A stretch of DNA of 64,000 bases, taken from the NCBI GenBank assembly GCA_951406725.2, contig OX597829.1:22878001-22942000 (forward strand), given 5' to 3'. The translations under genes and the position numbers were made by a program. A model generated the notes under the pieces. The model was not told the DNA's origin and did not search any database. It saw only the letters and a list, made by a program, of their open reading frames with translations. Shown here in pieces: positions 28,287 to 40,984 of this stretch. Position 1 is the first letter of the stretch. Each line of letters begins with the position of its first letter. The DNA comes from Octopus vulgaris. Taxonomy: Eukaryota.

Positions 28287-30749
28287 AAAACTAGAAGTTG
28301 AGAATGCACTGAGAATAGTTACAATATTTTTTATTAATAAATCTAAAGCTTTAACCATTTTCACAGTTTACACTGATTTCAAAAAGTGCAAATAGAAAGA
28401 CGTGACTTATGCCGCAGCTGTTTTGCTTCTGACTGGTGTTTGAAGCTTAACCTATTTTTATAGGGAGTTCACGGCTCAAATTATTGTATGTTTTGAACAA
28501 GATTTTGTTGGTAGAGGATAATCACATGACTGGTCCCAGAAATTTTTATAGCTTCCCGGCTACGTCCGTGTGTTAGTATCAAGTGACAATGTTTGGCGTC
28601 GTAAGTTAAGGCTGACTGATCATGTCCAAACAATCAATGCTCTGAATGTTTTCTGTGAAGTGTTTGTAGAGAATGAACAGATGACTAAGCTTATAACCTT
28701 TTGTACATTTCCCGCTACGTTTCGTGCGTTAGTATATTTTGCGCCTAAAAAGAACGGTCGAGTGAACATGTTTAGTTATAATCAAGGCACTCGTAACAGG
28801 TCCGAACTGTGAAACATACAGACTCAGCAACTTTTTAGATATATTACTGATACCTATTTTAAAATATTTACCAAGTCTTGTAAGGGACTATCCGGATCTG
28901 TTAAACCACCTTCCAAAATTCATAAACAATGGTATCTTTTGTTGTGGTAAACCTATACCACAATCCCACACCAATACGGACTAGAGGTAATAAATTTCTA
29001 GCTTGAGAATTCCCTCATGAAATCCCAGATAAAATTGAAAAGAGTTTCATCACTGAGGGATAAAACAACTTTTTTGACTTCGATGGCAATATTTACAAAT
29101 AAAAATCTGGGACTGCGATGGCGTCAAAAGTTGCTCCGACTTACGCCAGTCTAGTCAAGGCATACATGGAGTTCCAGATATATGAACAATGTAAATTGAT
29201 ATATGGGTTGAACTTCTACAAATATGTACCAGAAAACTGGAAATGTTACCAAGGTGACTGTCCAATCCTATGGACGCACACATTTGAACAACTTACAGAT
29301 TTCAAAAATCTAATCAACAGCATAAACAATAATATTAACTTTACTATGGAATACAGTAAAACTCAACTACCATTCCTGGATATACTAATCATCAAAAGAT
29401 ATGAAAACTTTGAAACAGATGTTCACTACAAACAAACAGATTCTAAACAATATTTACTGTTCTCCTCATGCCATCGCAAACACATGAAGAATAATATCAT
29501 CTTTAATCTAGCAAGAAGAATCTGCACAATTGTCTCAAACCCTGAAACTCGCAATAAAAGACTCCAGGAACTAAAACAAGTACTACTTAAAAGATAATAT
29601 CCATTAATGTTAATAGACAACAGAATAGAACGTGTCAAAGCAATAAATATCTAAGAACTACGAAAAACAAAGAACGTTCCCGATACATCCCATATTCTAC
29701 CCTTTATTGCAACACACAAACCAAGAAACACAGAGGTTTACAATATTATCCACCAGAACATCCCACTACTAAAACAAGACCCATGAAGGAAACAAACATT
29801 CGAAATACACAAAATAATCAAAAGTAAAAGACTAAGTCCCTCCAAAAATTCCTCACAAGTGTTAAATTACCTTCCACAATTCCTACACCAACAGTTAAAG
29901 AGTCTGGTCGCCCCAAGTGTGGGACCTGCATCAACGTTATTGAAGACAGAACATACAAATTCAAATCAGGACAGATTTTTACTGTAAAAAATCACTTTAC
30001 ATGTTCTTCAAGAAATTTGATATACGCTGGCAAATGTCAAGGATGTAATGAAGATTACATAGGTCAAACAAAGCTTACCCTAAGAAATAGACTGACCATA
30101 CACCGACAACAAGTACGAGACCCCAGTACTAGATAGATTCCACTGAGTGGACACATAGACATATGTGCAAAAAATATGTCCCCCAAATTCCAGGTCTTCC
30201 CACTCTACCTATGTTCAGCGAATACCACAGATGAAGCACGGATAAACAAAGAAAATACGTTCATACAAAAGTCCAAACCAAGACTCAACAAGCTTTAACA
30301 GAGTACACACACAATTAACTATTCACACACAAAACTCATGCTGCCATGAGGAACCTACACAGCTAAAAACCTAAACTTTAGTCACTGGACTATGTACAAA
30401 CGACTCCTGTCTACTCTCCCACCAGCCAGATTAAATTTGGAGTGCCTTGATTATAACTAAACATGCTCACTCAACCGTATCAGCCTTCTTTTTAGGCGCA
30501 AAATATATTAACACACGGACGTAGTGGGAAACGTACAAAAGATTATAAACTTAATCATGTATTCATTGTCTACAAACACTTCACAGAAAACATTCAGAGC
30601 ATTGATTGCTTGGACATGTTCTGTGAACCGTGTCAGCCTTAACTTACGACGCCAAACATTGTCACTTGATTCTAACACACGGACGTAGCCGGGAACCAAA
30701 AGAAATTTCTTAGACCAGTCGTGTACCAATCAAATCTTATTCAAAACAC
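28285..30749 (+). mobile_element. Penelope-like element (Neptune type) with inverted terminal copy
   Basis: RT and GIY-YIG remnants; 28489-28792 is inverted at 30440-30749. Confidence 0.88.
28830..30298 (+). pseudogene. PLE reverse transcriptase / GIY-YIG endonuclease pseudogene
   Basis: GTAMASKVAPTYA, decayed YxDD (YQGD), LPFLDI, YKQTD, SSCH; GRPKCGTC; CSSRNLIY-x3-CQGC-NEDYIGQT...NRLTIH; stops and frameshifts. Confidence 0.88.
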
Positions 30750-30776
30750 ACATACACACACACACAGACACACACA

Positions 30777-30835
<59 letters not shown>

Positions 30836-30839
30836 GCAT

Positions 30840-31560
30840 AGGGAGAATTCACAAAATAACAAAAGACAAAGATAGGTGGTGTAAACAACAAACAGATGTA
30901 TTAGTTTAACGCTAGGGAAGTGAAAAAGTCTTTAATGTTTCGAGCCTACGCTGTTCCACAGAAAGGAACACAGAAAGAAACAAAGAGAGAAAATAAAGAA
31001 TGTGCAGTGGCTAGCGATCTATCATGGCGAATACCGGACAGAGCGGGTCACACAGGAGAACAAGGAAGAAGGAGAGATAATAAAGTAGTGGTGATCCCAA
31101 ACAGAAGGTGCGCCTGCGTGTGTATAAGATAGCATGTATTTGCGTGTGGAAGAGGGCTGGCGACCCTGACGTGTGCGTGTGTGTATGTGCAGGTGTGTGG
31201 ATGATGGTGTGGGTGCTGGGAAGTGGTCAGTGCTTGTGTGTGCGTGGTGGTGTGATGTGATGTGGTGTATTATGTGGTGGTGTGTGGTGTGGTGTGGTGT
31301 GGTAGTGTTGGGATGTAGGAGAGGCGAGAGTGGGGAAAGCAAGGGTAGGGATAGAGGTGGGATATGTGCGAGTGGGTGTAAGGGATGGTGTAGGGGATGG
31401 GATGGGATGGAAAGGGAAGGTAGGTTGGATTCTGTAGGGGCGGGGTTAAGAGGGAGAGGTGATGATGGAAGGAGGGGGAAAGGAAGAAGGAGGGTACGAG
31501 TGAAGAGAAAAAGTAGGAGTCGGAGCAAGAGAGGAGAGGTGGATGGAAGTAGGTGTGAGA
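30840..31560 (-). mobile_element. Family E Penelope-LTR-like repeat with degenerate hammerhead-like motif at 30929-30965
   Basis: Reverse-complement homology to 7160-7800 and 42715-42907. Confidence 0.6.
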
Positions 31561-31684
31561 GGAAGAGGAGAGGGAAGGAGGGTTAGATGAAGAGGAGAGG
31601 AAGAGGAGAGGGAAGGAGGGTTAGATGAAGAGGGAAGGAGAGTTGAGCCCATGTGGTGCATATATATATATATATTTCATTTAT

Positions 31685-31860
31685 TTCTTCTACTTGTTTC
31701 AGTCATTTGACTGCGGCCATGCTAGAACACCAGCTTCAGTCAAACAAATCAACCTCAGTACTTATTCTTTGTAAGCCCAGTACTGATTCTATCGCTGTCT
31801 TTTGAGGAACCACTAAGTAAACACGCCAACATCGGTCGTCAAGCGATGGTATGGGAACAA

Positions 31861-31911
<51 letters not shown>

Positions 31912-32070
31912 CGACGGGCTTCTTTCAGTTTCCGTCTATCAAATCCGCTCTCAAGGCTTTGGTCGGACCGGGGCTATAGTAGGAAACACTTTTCCAAGAT
32001 ACCACGCTATGGAACTGAACCCAGAACTATGTGGTCGGGAAGCAAGCTTCTTACCAGACAGCCACTCCTA
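31685..32070 (-). mobile_element. SINE family A (older copy)
   Basis: Diverged full-length copy. Confidence 0.8.
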
Positions 32071-32132
32071 CGTCTATCTAGACACACACACGCACACACA
32101 CAAACAATGCATATACATATACATATATATAT

Positions 32133-32545
32133 ACTCTTTACTCTTTTACTCTTTTACTTGTTTCAGTTATTTGACTGCGGCCATGCTGGAGCACCACCTT
32201 TATTCGAGCAAATCGATCCCGGGACTTATTCTTTGTAAGCCCAGTACTTATTCTATCGGTCTCTTATGCCGAACCGCTAAGTGACGGGGACGTAAACACA
32301 CCAGCATCAGTTGTCAGACAATGCTAGGGGGACAAACACAGACACACAAACATATACACACACATATATACATATATACATATATACGACGGGCCTCTCT
32401 CAGTTTCCGTCTACCAAATCCACTCACAAGGCATTGGTCGGCCCGGGGCTATAGCAGAAGACACTTGCCCAAGATGCCACGCAGTGGGACTGAACCCGGA
32501 ACTATGTGGTCGGGAAGCAAGCTTCTTGCCAGACAGCCACTCCTA
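32133..32545 (-). mobile_element. SINE family A (young body, chimeric head)
   Basis: Near-consensus body; head identical in type to the 31685-32070 copy. Confidence 0.85.
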
Positions 32546-32629
32546 CGTCTATCTAGACACACACACACACACACACACTCACACAAACAATGCATATACA
32601 TATACATATATATATATATATATATATAA

Positions 32630-32760
32630 TTTCAGTAAAACAATTAAGATTCCAATGAATTCAAATGAATATGGTACTTAACTTAGATGCACCAGAATTC
32701 TTTATGGTATTAAGCATAAAATTAACCATAAAATTATGTTGGCTGATTATAACCAAGAAT
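32630..32760. repeat. Terminal fragment of the 47371-48220 element
   Basis: ATTCAAATGAATATGGTACTTAACTTAGATGCACCAGAATT shared. Confidence 0.75.
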
Positions 32761-32841
32761 TATTATTACCGATCCATTCTTGTTGCTTTTTTCTTAGTTA
32801 TATATATTTATATTTATATATTTATATATGTATGTATGTAT

Positions 32842-33180
32842 GTATTTGTGTCTGTGTTTGTTCCCTCACCATCGCTTGACAACCGATGTTGGCGTGTTTA
32901 CGTCCCCCGTAACCGGGCGGTTTGGCAAGAGACCGATAGAATAGGTTTACAAAGAATAAATCCTGGACTCGATTTGTTCGACAAAAGGCGGTGCTCTAGC
33001 ATGGCCGCAGTGAAATGACTGAAACATGCAAAAGCATAAAAGAATATATATATATATTCCGCCTACCAAATCCACTCATAAGGCTTCGGTCAGCCCGTAG
33101 CTATAGCAGAAGACACTTGCCCAAAGTGTCATGCGGTGGGACAGAACCCAGAACCATGTGGTTGGATAGCAGGCTTCTTA
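32842..33180. mobile_element. SINE family A halves: 3' half (+) 32842-33045 and 5' half (-) 33057-33180
   Basis: Family A homology. Confidence 0.75.
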
Positions 33181-34083
33181 TACATACATACATACATTCA
33201 TACATAAATAAGCAGATGTGTGTGTGTGTGTGTATTTTTATTGTCGGGTGTGTGTTTAGTCGCATATACATTATAGATATATATGAGTATGTGTTTATAT
33301 ATATGGTTTGTGAGAGAGAGAAATTGTGTGTGCGCGCGTGTGAATGTGTTTGCGTGTGTGTGTTTACATTGTCGGTTGTGAGTAACGGTTGAATTTTTAC
33401 ACACGCATACACGCATACACGCATACACGCACACATCCATGTTCCGTTCGTCAGTGTCTTTGATACAAGAACTTGCACCTCTTTGCATGTCTGTAGCTTT
33501 ATTGCCGCACCCCTACTCGGGTACTTAGGACGTCTCACACACTAGTTTTAATTGAGTTCGCATGTTGGAAATATACGCCATCGTCTTCCAACCAATCGAC
33601 TACCGTTCTCTAATGTCAGCAACCGGTGTGCAGTCTGCTCTATCCTCAAGGGCATTTCTTTGGCGGTAAAGAAGTAGAAGGGGGGGGGGAAGAGGGAGGA
33701 AAAAAATAGAAAAAGAAAGCGCGAACGGCTGTTGTAACAGCCTACGGCTCGTGCGGCTTGCTGGTGGAAGACATCGAGAGAGTGAAAGAAAGAAAGAGAG
33801 AGAGAGAGACAGAGACAGAGAAAGAGAGTGTGTGTGAGATAAAAAGAGAGGGTGAGAAAGTGGGGAAAGAGAAGAAGAAGAAGAAGAAGAAGAAGAAGAA
33901 GAAGAAGAAGAAGAAGAAGAAGAAGAGGAAACAGAGGGAGAAGGCAAAGAGAGGATGGAGGTATGAAAAAGCTTGGTTTACCAAAGCGATAGAAGAAGAA
34001 GACATGGGAGAAGAAAGAGAAAGAGAGTATGCGCGCACGCGTGCAAATGTGTGTGTGTGTGTGTGTGAAAGTGTACGTGTGAG

Positions 34084-34130
<47 letters not shown>

Positions 34131-34274
34131 GTGAAGGGCGAAGAGGAGAAAAGTAGGGAAAGAGATATAAGCAGGCAATGTGTATGTGTGTGTGTATATG
34201 ACTGTGGGAGTATGTATTAAAGTATTTATTAGTGATTATGTGTGTATGTGCGCATGTCTTTGTGCAAGTGTGTA

Positions 34275-34461
<187 letters not shown>

Positions 34462-34563
34462 CTTTCCGCTTCCACTCTTCCCATCCTCTTTTTTGCTATC
34501 ACTGGTTTTTGCTTTCTTTGTCTTTCTTTCTGTTTTTCTTTTTTGCACCCTCGGTCTCTCTCT

Positions 34564-34600
<37 letters not shown>

Positions 34601-35046
34601 CCATTCTCACTTTCTCACTTTCTCTCTTGTCTCGTCTTTCTTTACTCCTCTCCCTCCCCTTGTTTCTCCCTTCGTGTCTTTCTTCTCTCTTTCTCTTCTC
34701 TTCTTTCTTTCCTTTTACTCTTTCTCCTTTACTTGATTCCCTTTGTTTTCAGATCTCTTCCATTTTCCTTCCTTTTCTAATTTAATTTCTTTTTTTTTTT
34801 TCATTTTTCAAAAAAAAAAATGCCCTCACTGGTTTCCCCCTCTTTGCCTCCGCTTTTGTCTCTCTATCTCTCTCTCTTTTTTCTTTCTTCCTTCTTCTTT
34901 TTCTCAATCTTTCTTTCCTTTTTCTTTCTATCTTGCCGCTTTCTTTCAATATCTTTGCTTTTTCCTTCATTCCTTCCTTCCTTCCACCCAGATTACTTTC
35001 AAAAATGTAGTTTTGCAATCTGATGAGAAAATCGTATTCATGATAT

Positions 35047-35281
35047 GTTTCTTTATTACCCACAAGGGGCTAAACACAGAGGGGACAAACAAGGACAGAC
35101 AAACGGATTAAGTCGATTGCATCGACCCCAGTGTGTAACTGGTACTTAATTCATCGACCCCGAAAGGATGAAAGGCAAAGTCGACCTCGGCGGAATTTGA
35201 ACTCTGAACGTAGCGACGGGCGAAATACCGCGAAATACCGCGAAGCACTTCGCCCGGCGTGTTAACGTCTCTGTCAGCTCG
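35047..35281 (-). mobile_element. SINE family B
   Basis: Reverse-complement copy. Confidence 0.85.
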
Positions 35282-35680
35282 CAGGAGTGGCTGTGTGGTA
35301 AATAGCTTGCTTACCAACCACATGGTTCAGGGTTCAGTCCCACTGCGTGACACCTTGGGCAAGTGTCTTCTATTTATAGCTTCGGGTCAACCAAAGCCTT
35401 GTGAGTGGATTTGGTAGACGGAAACTGAAAGAAGCCCGCCATATATACATGTGTGTGTCTGTGTGTCTGTGTGTCTGTGTTTGTTCCCCCACCATCGCTT
35501 GACAACCGATGCTAGTATGTTTACATCCCCGTAACTTAACGGTTCGGCGAAAGTAACCGATAGAATAAGTACTAGGCTTACAAAGAATAAGTCCTCAGGT
35601 CGATTTGTTCGACTAAAGAGATTGCTCCAGCATGGCCGCAGTCAAATGACTGAAACAAGTAAAAGAATAAAAGGATAAAA
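35281..35680 (+). mobile_element. SINE family A
   Basis: Full copy fused head-to-head with SINE B. Confidence 0.85.
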
Positions 35681-36321
35681 TAATTATTTGTAGAAATTAA
35701 TAGCAAAAGAGTTACGAGCATTTAAAATTATGCAATTTTAACCAATCGGCTGGCTTCATTGCCAGATATGCTCGACGTCTTGATTGTTTGTCCCATGATG
35801 GTATTCTTCCTTTAATATCTGTCTTAGGAGTCCAGTGAGTGTTTTAAGAGTTGTGAGTTCGACGAAACGTTACATCAACGGACTTTGGCTTTAATTTAGA
35901 TATTATTAATAACACCTCAACAAGTGGACAGCACTTGCGACAAACTCAAACTAAGAAATAAACGGTGCTGTGGCACAATGTGTCCTCCTGTAGTTTAAGG
36001 AAGACTAGGCTGTTATTTCAAGCAGTTCGAAAGACCACGTAAAGGTCTCCCGTGTGTTACTCCTATGGGGACAAATAGTCACGACGTTCGGTATATCTGG
36101 CAATGAAGGCTGCCAGTTGGTTAAAATTACATAATTTTAAATGCTGTTAATTTATACAAAAAGAGCAAAAAAGGGGACAAAATGCCGTTTTCGTCATCAG
36201 TATCCAAAACTACTTTAGAACTTACAGTTTTGAAAAGTAAACTGGCGAAAATTTGTAAACCTTGAAGTGGTTGGAATAAATTTAACAAGACTCTTCCCTT
36301 TTTTTTTTCGGTCGTTTAATA

Positions 36322-36354
36322 TTTCTCTTTCTTTCTATCTTCCTATTTTTCTTC

Positions 36355-36411
<57 letters not shown>

Positions 36412-36799
36412 TTCCTTTCTGTCTTTCTTGCTTTCTTTCTTCCTTTCTTTCTTCCTTCCTTCCTTCCTTTCTATCTTTCTTTCTTCCTTTCTTTCTTCCA
36501 TTCTTTCTTCCTTTCTGTCTTTTTTCTTCCTTCCTTTCTGTCTTTCTTCCTTTCTTTCTTCCTTTCCTTCTTCCCTTCTTCCTTCCTTTCTTTCTATCTT
36601 TCTTTCTTTCTTTCTTTCTTCCTTTCTTCGTTTCTGTCTTTCTTCCATTCTTTCTTTCTTCCTTCCTTCCTTTCTTTCTATCTTTCTTCCTTCCTTCCTT
36701 TCTTTCTTTCTTTCTATCTTCCTTCCTTCCTTCCTTTCTTTCTTTCTTTCTTTCTTTCTTCCTTTCTGTCTTCCTTCCTTCCTTTCTTTCTTTCTTTCT

Positions 36800-36842
<43 letters not shown>

Positions 36843-37095
36843 GCCTGCCTTTCTTTCTGTCTTCCGTTCTGTCTGTCTTCCTTTCTTTCTTCCTTCCTTC
36901 CTTTCTTTCTATCTTTCTTTCTTCCTTTCTTTCTTCCATTCTTTCTTCCTTTCTGTCTTTTTTCTTCCTTTCTGTCTTTCTTCCTTTCTTTCTTTCTTCC
37001 TTTCCTTCTTCCCTTCTTCCTTTCTTTCTTTCTTTCTTTCTTTCTTTCTGTCTTCCTTCCTTTCTGTCTTCCTTCCTTTCTTCCTTCCTTCCTTC

Positions 37096-37160
<65 letters not shown>

Positions 37161-37412
37161 TTTCTGTCTTCCTTCCTTTCTTCCTTCCTTCCTTTCTTTC
37201 TTTCTTCCTTTCTTTCTTCCATTCTTTCTTCCTTTCTGTCTTTTTTTCTTCCTTCCTTTCTTGCTTTCTTTCTTCCTTTCTTTCTTCTTTCGTTCCTATC
37301 TTTCTTCCTTTCTTTCTCCCTACCTTCCTTCCTCGCTTCCTTTCTTTCTTTCAGTGCTTTCTTCCTTTCTTTCTTCCTTTCTGTCTTCCTTCCTTTCTTT
37401 CTTCCTACCATC

Positions 37413-37444
<32 letters not shown>

Positions 37445-37650
37445 CTTTCTTCCTTTCTGTCTTTTTTTCTTCCTTCCTTTCTTGCTTTCTTTCTTCCTTT
37501 CTGTCTTTCTTCCTTTCTTTCTCCCTACCTACCTACCTACCTACCTTCCTTCCTTCCTTCCTTTCTTTCTTTCAGTGCTTTCTTTTTGCTTTCTTTTTGC
37601 TTTCTTTCCCTCTTTCTGTCTTTCTATCCCTTTTTTCTTTCTCTCTGTTG
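36322..37650. repeat. 1.3-kb polypyrimidine (CTTT/CCTT)n tract
   Basis: Seen directly; 481-, 407- and 358-aa ORFs are artefacts. Confidence 0.95.
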
Positions 37651-37961
37651 ATATTTTTATTCTTGCTCCCCACCCTCTCTTTCTCTACGAACCCCCTTCC
37701 TCGCAATTTTAATGTGAACCTGTCCTTCTTTCCCTCTTTCCTTCTTTCCTCTTACATAACTTATGTTCCTCTCTTGTCTTACCATTTCTACAGACGTTCT
37801 TTGTTTTACCTAAATTATATTTCCATTCACATTCATTCTTATTTCTTTGTCTTTCTTCAACTAAAAACATAATTTTTTTTTTTCGACAGTTTATTGCAAC
37901 TCATCTCTGCATGAAATGATATGAACTCGTTTTGATGATGGTGATAATGATAGTGATAATT

Positions 37962-37998
<37 letters not shown>

Positions 37999-38103
37999 CT
38001 ACGACGACGACGACGACGATGATGATAGTGGTGGTGGTGGTGGTGGTAGAGATGAGTATGATGATAGTATTGGTCTTGGTGGTTGTAATACTGGTGGTGG
38101 TGG

Positions 38104-38150
<47 letters not shown>

Positions 38151-38285
38151 TGACTGTTGTGTTGTTAAAGTGTTGTTGTTAGTGGTGGCGGTGACGGTGG
38201 TGGTGGCGGCGGCAGCGGCGGCAGAGGCAGTGGCGGTATCGTCGGTGGTTTTATTCTATTTATTGTTATTATATATATACATACA

Positions 38286-38353
<68 letters not shown>

Positions 38354-38360
<7 letters not shown>

Positions 38361-39036
38361 TGAGGGAGATAAATTAATATTAATTTTAATATCAATTTAA
38401 AACCAGTTGTCCAGCATACAAAAAATCTGAGAAGTCAGAGAAAATTCTAATATATGTGTATATTGGCAGGGCCAGACGCTAGGTAGTCGGCCAAATGCTA
38501 GAAATAGACGATCAACGATCAAACTACAAAGGGAATTCTCTTGAGGAAAAATTCAGCGAACACCAGAACCAAATTTGGCGGGCAGGACATGAAAAATTTA
38601 TATAAAAAACAGAATTAAATGCATACCTCGGTTTCGGCCTTTAACAAAAGAATTACTTACATAATGCAAATGTCTGTGGCTTCATCAGTGCATTCGTTCA
38701 TTGTAAATGCAGTCTGAAAAACTAACCCCAGCTTTCTGTGCCAAGACAGACATGTGCTTAGTTTTACCGATTACATTAGGGATAAAATTTCAAATGTCTT
38801 GGTTCCGGCGCGCTAAGAGATTCCTGAAGCGAAGGGCTGCAGTAAATAATTCACTGCGGTTAGTGCTTGCTACTAGAGAACGTATTTATTTCAATATTTA
38901 AATAATGAGGGAGATAAATTAATATTAATTTTAATATCAATTTAAAACCAGTAGTCCAGCATACAAAAAATCTGAGAAGTCAGAGAAAATTCTAATATAT
39001 GTGTATATTGGCAGGGCCAGACTGCTAGGTAGTCGG

Positions 39037-39037
<1 letters not shown>
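38354..39037 (-). mobile_element. Non-coding 545-bp unit with 138-bp direct terminal repeats (Penelope pLTR/retrozyme-like)
   Basis: 38354-38491 repeated at 38899-39037; hammerhead in the core; (TA)n flanks. Confidence 0.7.
38618..38694 (-). ncRNA. Type I hammerhead ribozyme motif
   Basis: AAUGCA CUGAUGA AGCC-[long stem II]-GGCC GAAA CCGAGG UA UGCAUU; 6-bp helix I, GUA cleavage triplet; A-C mismatch at base of helix II. Confidence 0.7.
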
Positions 39038-39074
<37 letters not shown>

Positions 39075-39079
<5 letters not shown>

Positions 39080-39270
39080 AAAATTTACGAAAAAAACAAA
39101 AGTCGAAGACAGGTGGTGTACAAAACAAACAGATGTATTAGTATAACGCTCAGGAATAGAAAAGTATTTTACGTTTCGAGCCTAAGCTCTTCTACAGAAA
39201 GGGACACAGAAAAAAACAAGGAGAGAAACAAGGAGAGAAAAAAATGTAGTGGCTAACGAATAACATGGTG
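39075..39270 (-). mobile_element. Family E repeat with minimal hammerhead-like motif at 39167-39200
   Basis: UUU CUGUAGAA GAGC-uuag-GCUC GAAA CGUA AAA. Confidence 0.6.
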
Positions 39271-39282
39271 ATATATATATAG

Positions 39283-39715
39283 CCGCGGGAGTGGCTGTGT
39301 GTTAAGTAGCTTGCTTACCAATCACATGGTTCCGGGTTCAGACCTACTGCTTGGCACCTTGGACAAGTGTCTTCTACTATACCCTTGGGCCGACCAAAGC
39401 CTTCTGAGTGTATTTGGTAAACGGAAACTGAAAGAAGCCAGTCATATATATATGATGTGTGTGTGTGTGGTGGGGGAGTCAATATTTGTGTGTCTGTGTT
39501 GTCTCCCCCGACATTGCTTAACAACCGATGTTGATGTATTCATGTCATCGTAACCTAGCGGTTCGGCAAAAGGGGCCACTAGGCTTACAAAGAAAAAGTC
39601 CTGGGGCCGATTTGTTGGACGAAAGATAGTGCTCTAGCAAGGCCACAGTCAAAAGACTGAAATAAGTAAAAGAATAGAAGAATAGAAGAATATATATAGA
39701 GTAAAAGAATAAAAA
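39283..39715 (+). mobile_element. SINE family A
   Basis: Diverged full copy. Confidence 0.8.
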
Positions 39716-39727
39716 TATGTATATATA

Positions 39728-39990
39728 TTCTTTTATTCTTTTACATGTTTCAGCCATTAGAGCGCGGCCATGCTGGAACACCGCCGTCAAGTCTTTTTGT
39801 TGAACAATTCAACCCAGGACGTTTATGCCTAGTACTTATTCTATGGATCACTTTGCCGAAGCGCTAAATTACGTGGACGCAAACACACCAACACCTGTTG
39901 TCAAGCGATGACCGGGGGCGGGGGACTAACACAGATTCAAAGACACACACATAGATATATATACATATATATGTATATATAGTGTATATG

Positions 39991-40043
<53 letters not shown>

Positions 40044-40190
40044 GCATATACACATACATACGTATATATATATATCACAAGGCTTTGGTCGGTCCGAAGC
40101 TATAGAGGAAGAAACTTGTCCAAGGTGCTACGCAGTGGGACTCAACCCAGAACCATGTGATTAGAAATCAAGCCTCTTACCACACAGCCA
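39728..40190 (-). mobile_element. SINE family A
   Basis: Diverged copy, inverted relative to the previous one. Confidence 0.8.
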
Positions 40191-40251
<61 letters not shown>

Positions 40252-40309
40252 TGTGTGTGTGTGTCTGTGTGTCTGTGTCTGTGTCTGTGTGTGTATACAT
40301 ATATATGTA

Positions 40310-40612
40310 CCTTAGCTGCTTTCTTGTATACAAGCGAAGCCACCGCTGGAAAGAATCGTTGAAATGAGTCATTGTTGATGCAACGTGAGGCCGTTGCGTA
40401 ACTTGCATAACGGTGAAAGATTTGCACATTCTGTTGCATAATGCACAGCTGTGCTGGCTGGCAGGAGATACAGGTGTCACAGTATGAACTCTTTTGACAT
40501 GCTTTTTCGATCCTCCAAGTGCAAAGGCACACTTTTCCACGGGTTGTACATGTTCTCTTATGAACAATAGCCATAGCACAATTTACCATTGGTCGATGAT
40601 GGCTCACCAGGT
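40310..40612 (-). mobile_element. Probable RTE-clade LINE 3' fragment
   Basis: C-terminal SCALCNRMCKS zinc-finger-like remnant; frameshifted. Confidence 0.4.
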
Positions 40613-40638
40613 CATATGTATGTATGTACGTATGTATG

Positions 40639-40675
<37 letters not shown>

Positions 40676-40683
40676 ACGGGAAG

Positions 40684-40791
<108 letters not shown>

Positions 40792-40797
40792 ACCTAC

Positions 40798-40880
<83 letters not shown>

Positions 40881-40984
40881 TATGTATATTTATGTATATA
40901 TATATATATATATACATATATATATACATATATATATACATATATGTGTACTACTTAGTATTTGTATTGCTTTTTTATCTCCTA

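Larger units (their letters stand above)
34991..36242. mobile_element. Fold-back/MITE-like element, left arm interrupted by SINEs
   Basis: 35718-35795 inverted at 36067-36145; 34991-35040 inverted at 36183-36242. Confidence 0.6.

Noticed and set aside
36184-36200. CTGATGACGAAA (minus strand) and CTGATGAGAAAA at 35020 as hammerheads
   Set aside because: No room for helix II and no helix I or III pairing; these are termini of a fold-back element
36267-37712. 481-aa and overlapping long ORFs
   Set aside because: Translations of the (CTTT/CCTT)n tract, which is stop-free because of its composition
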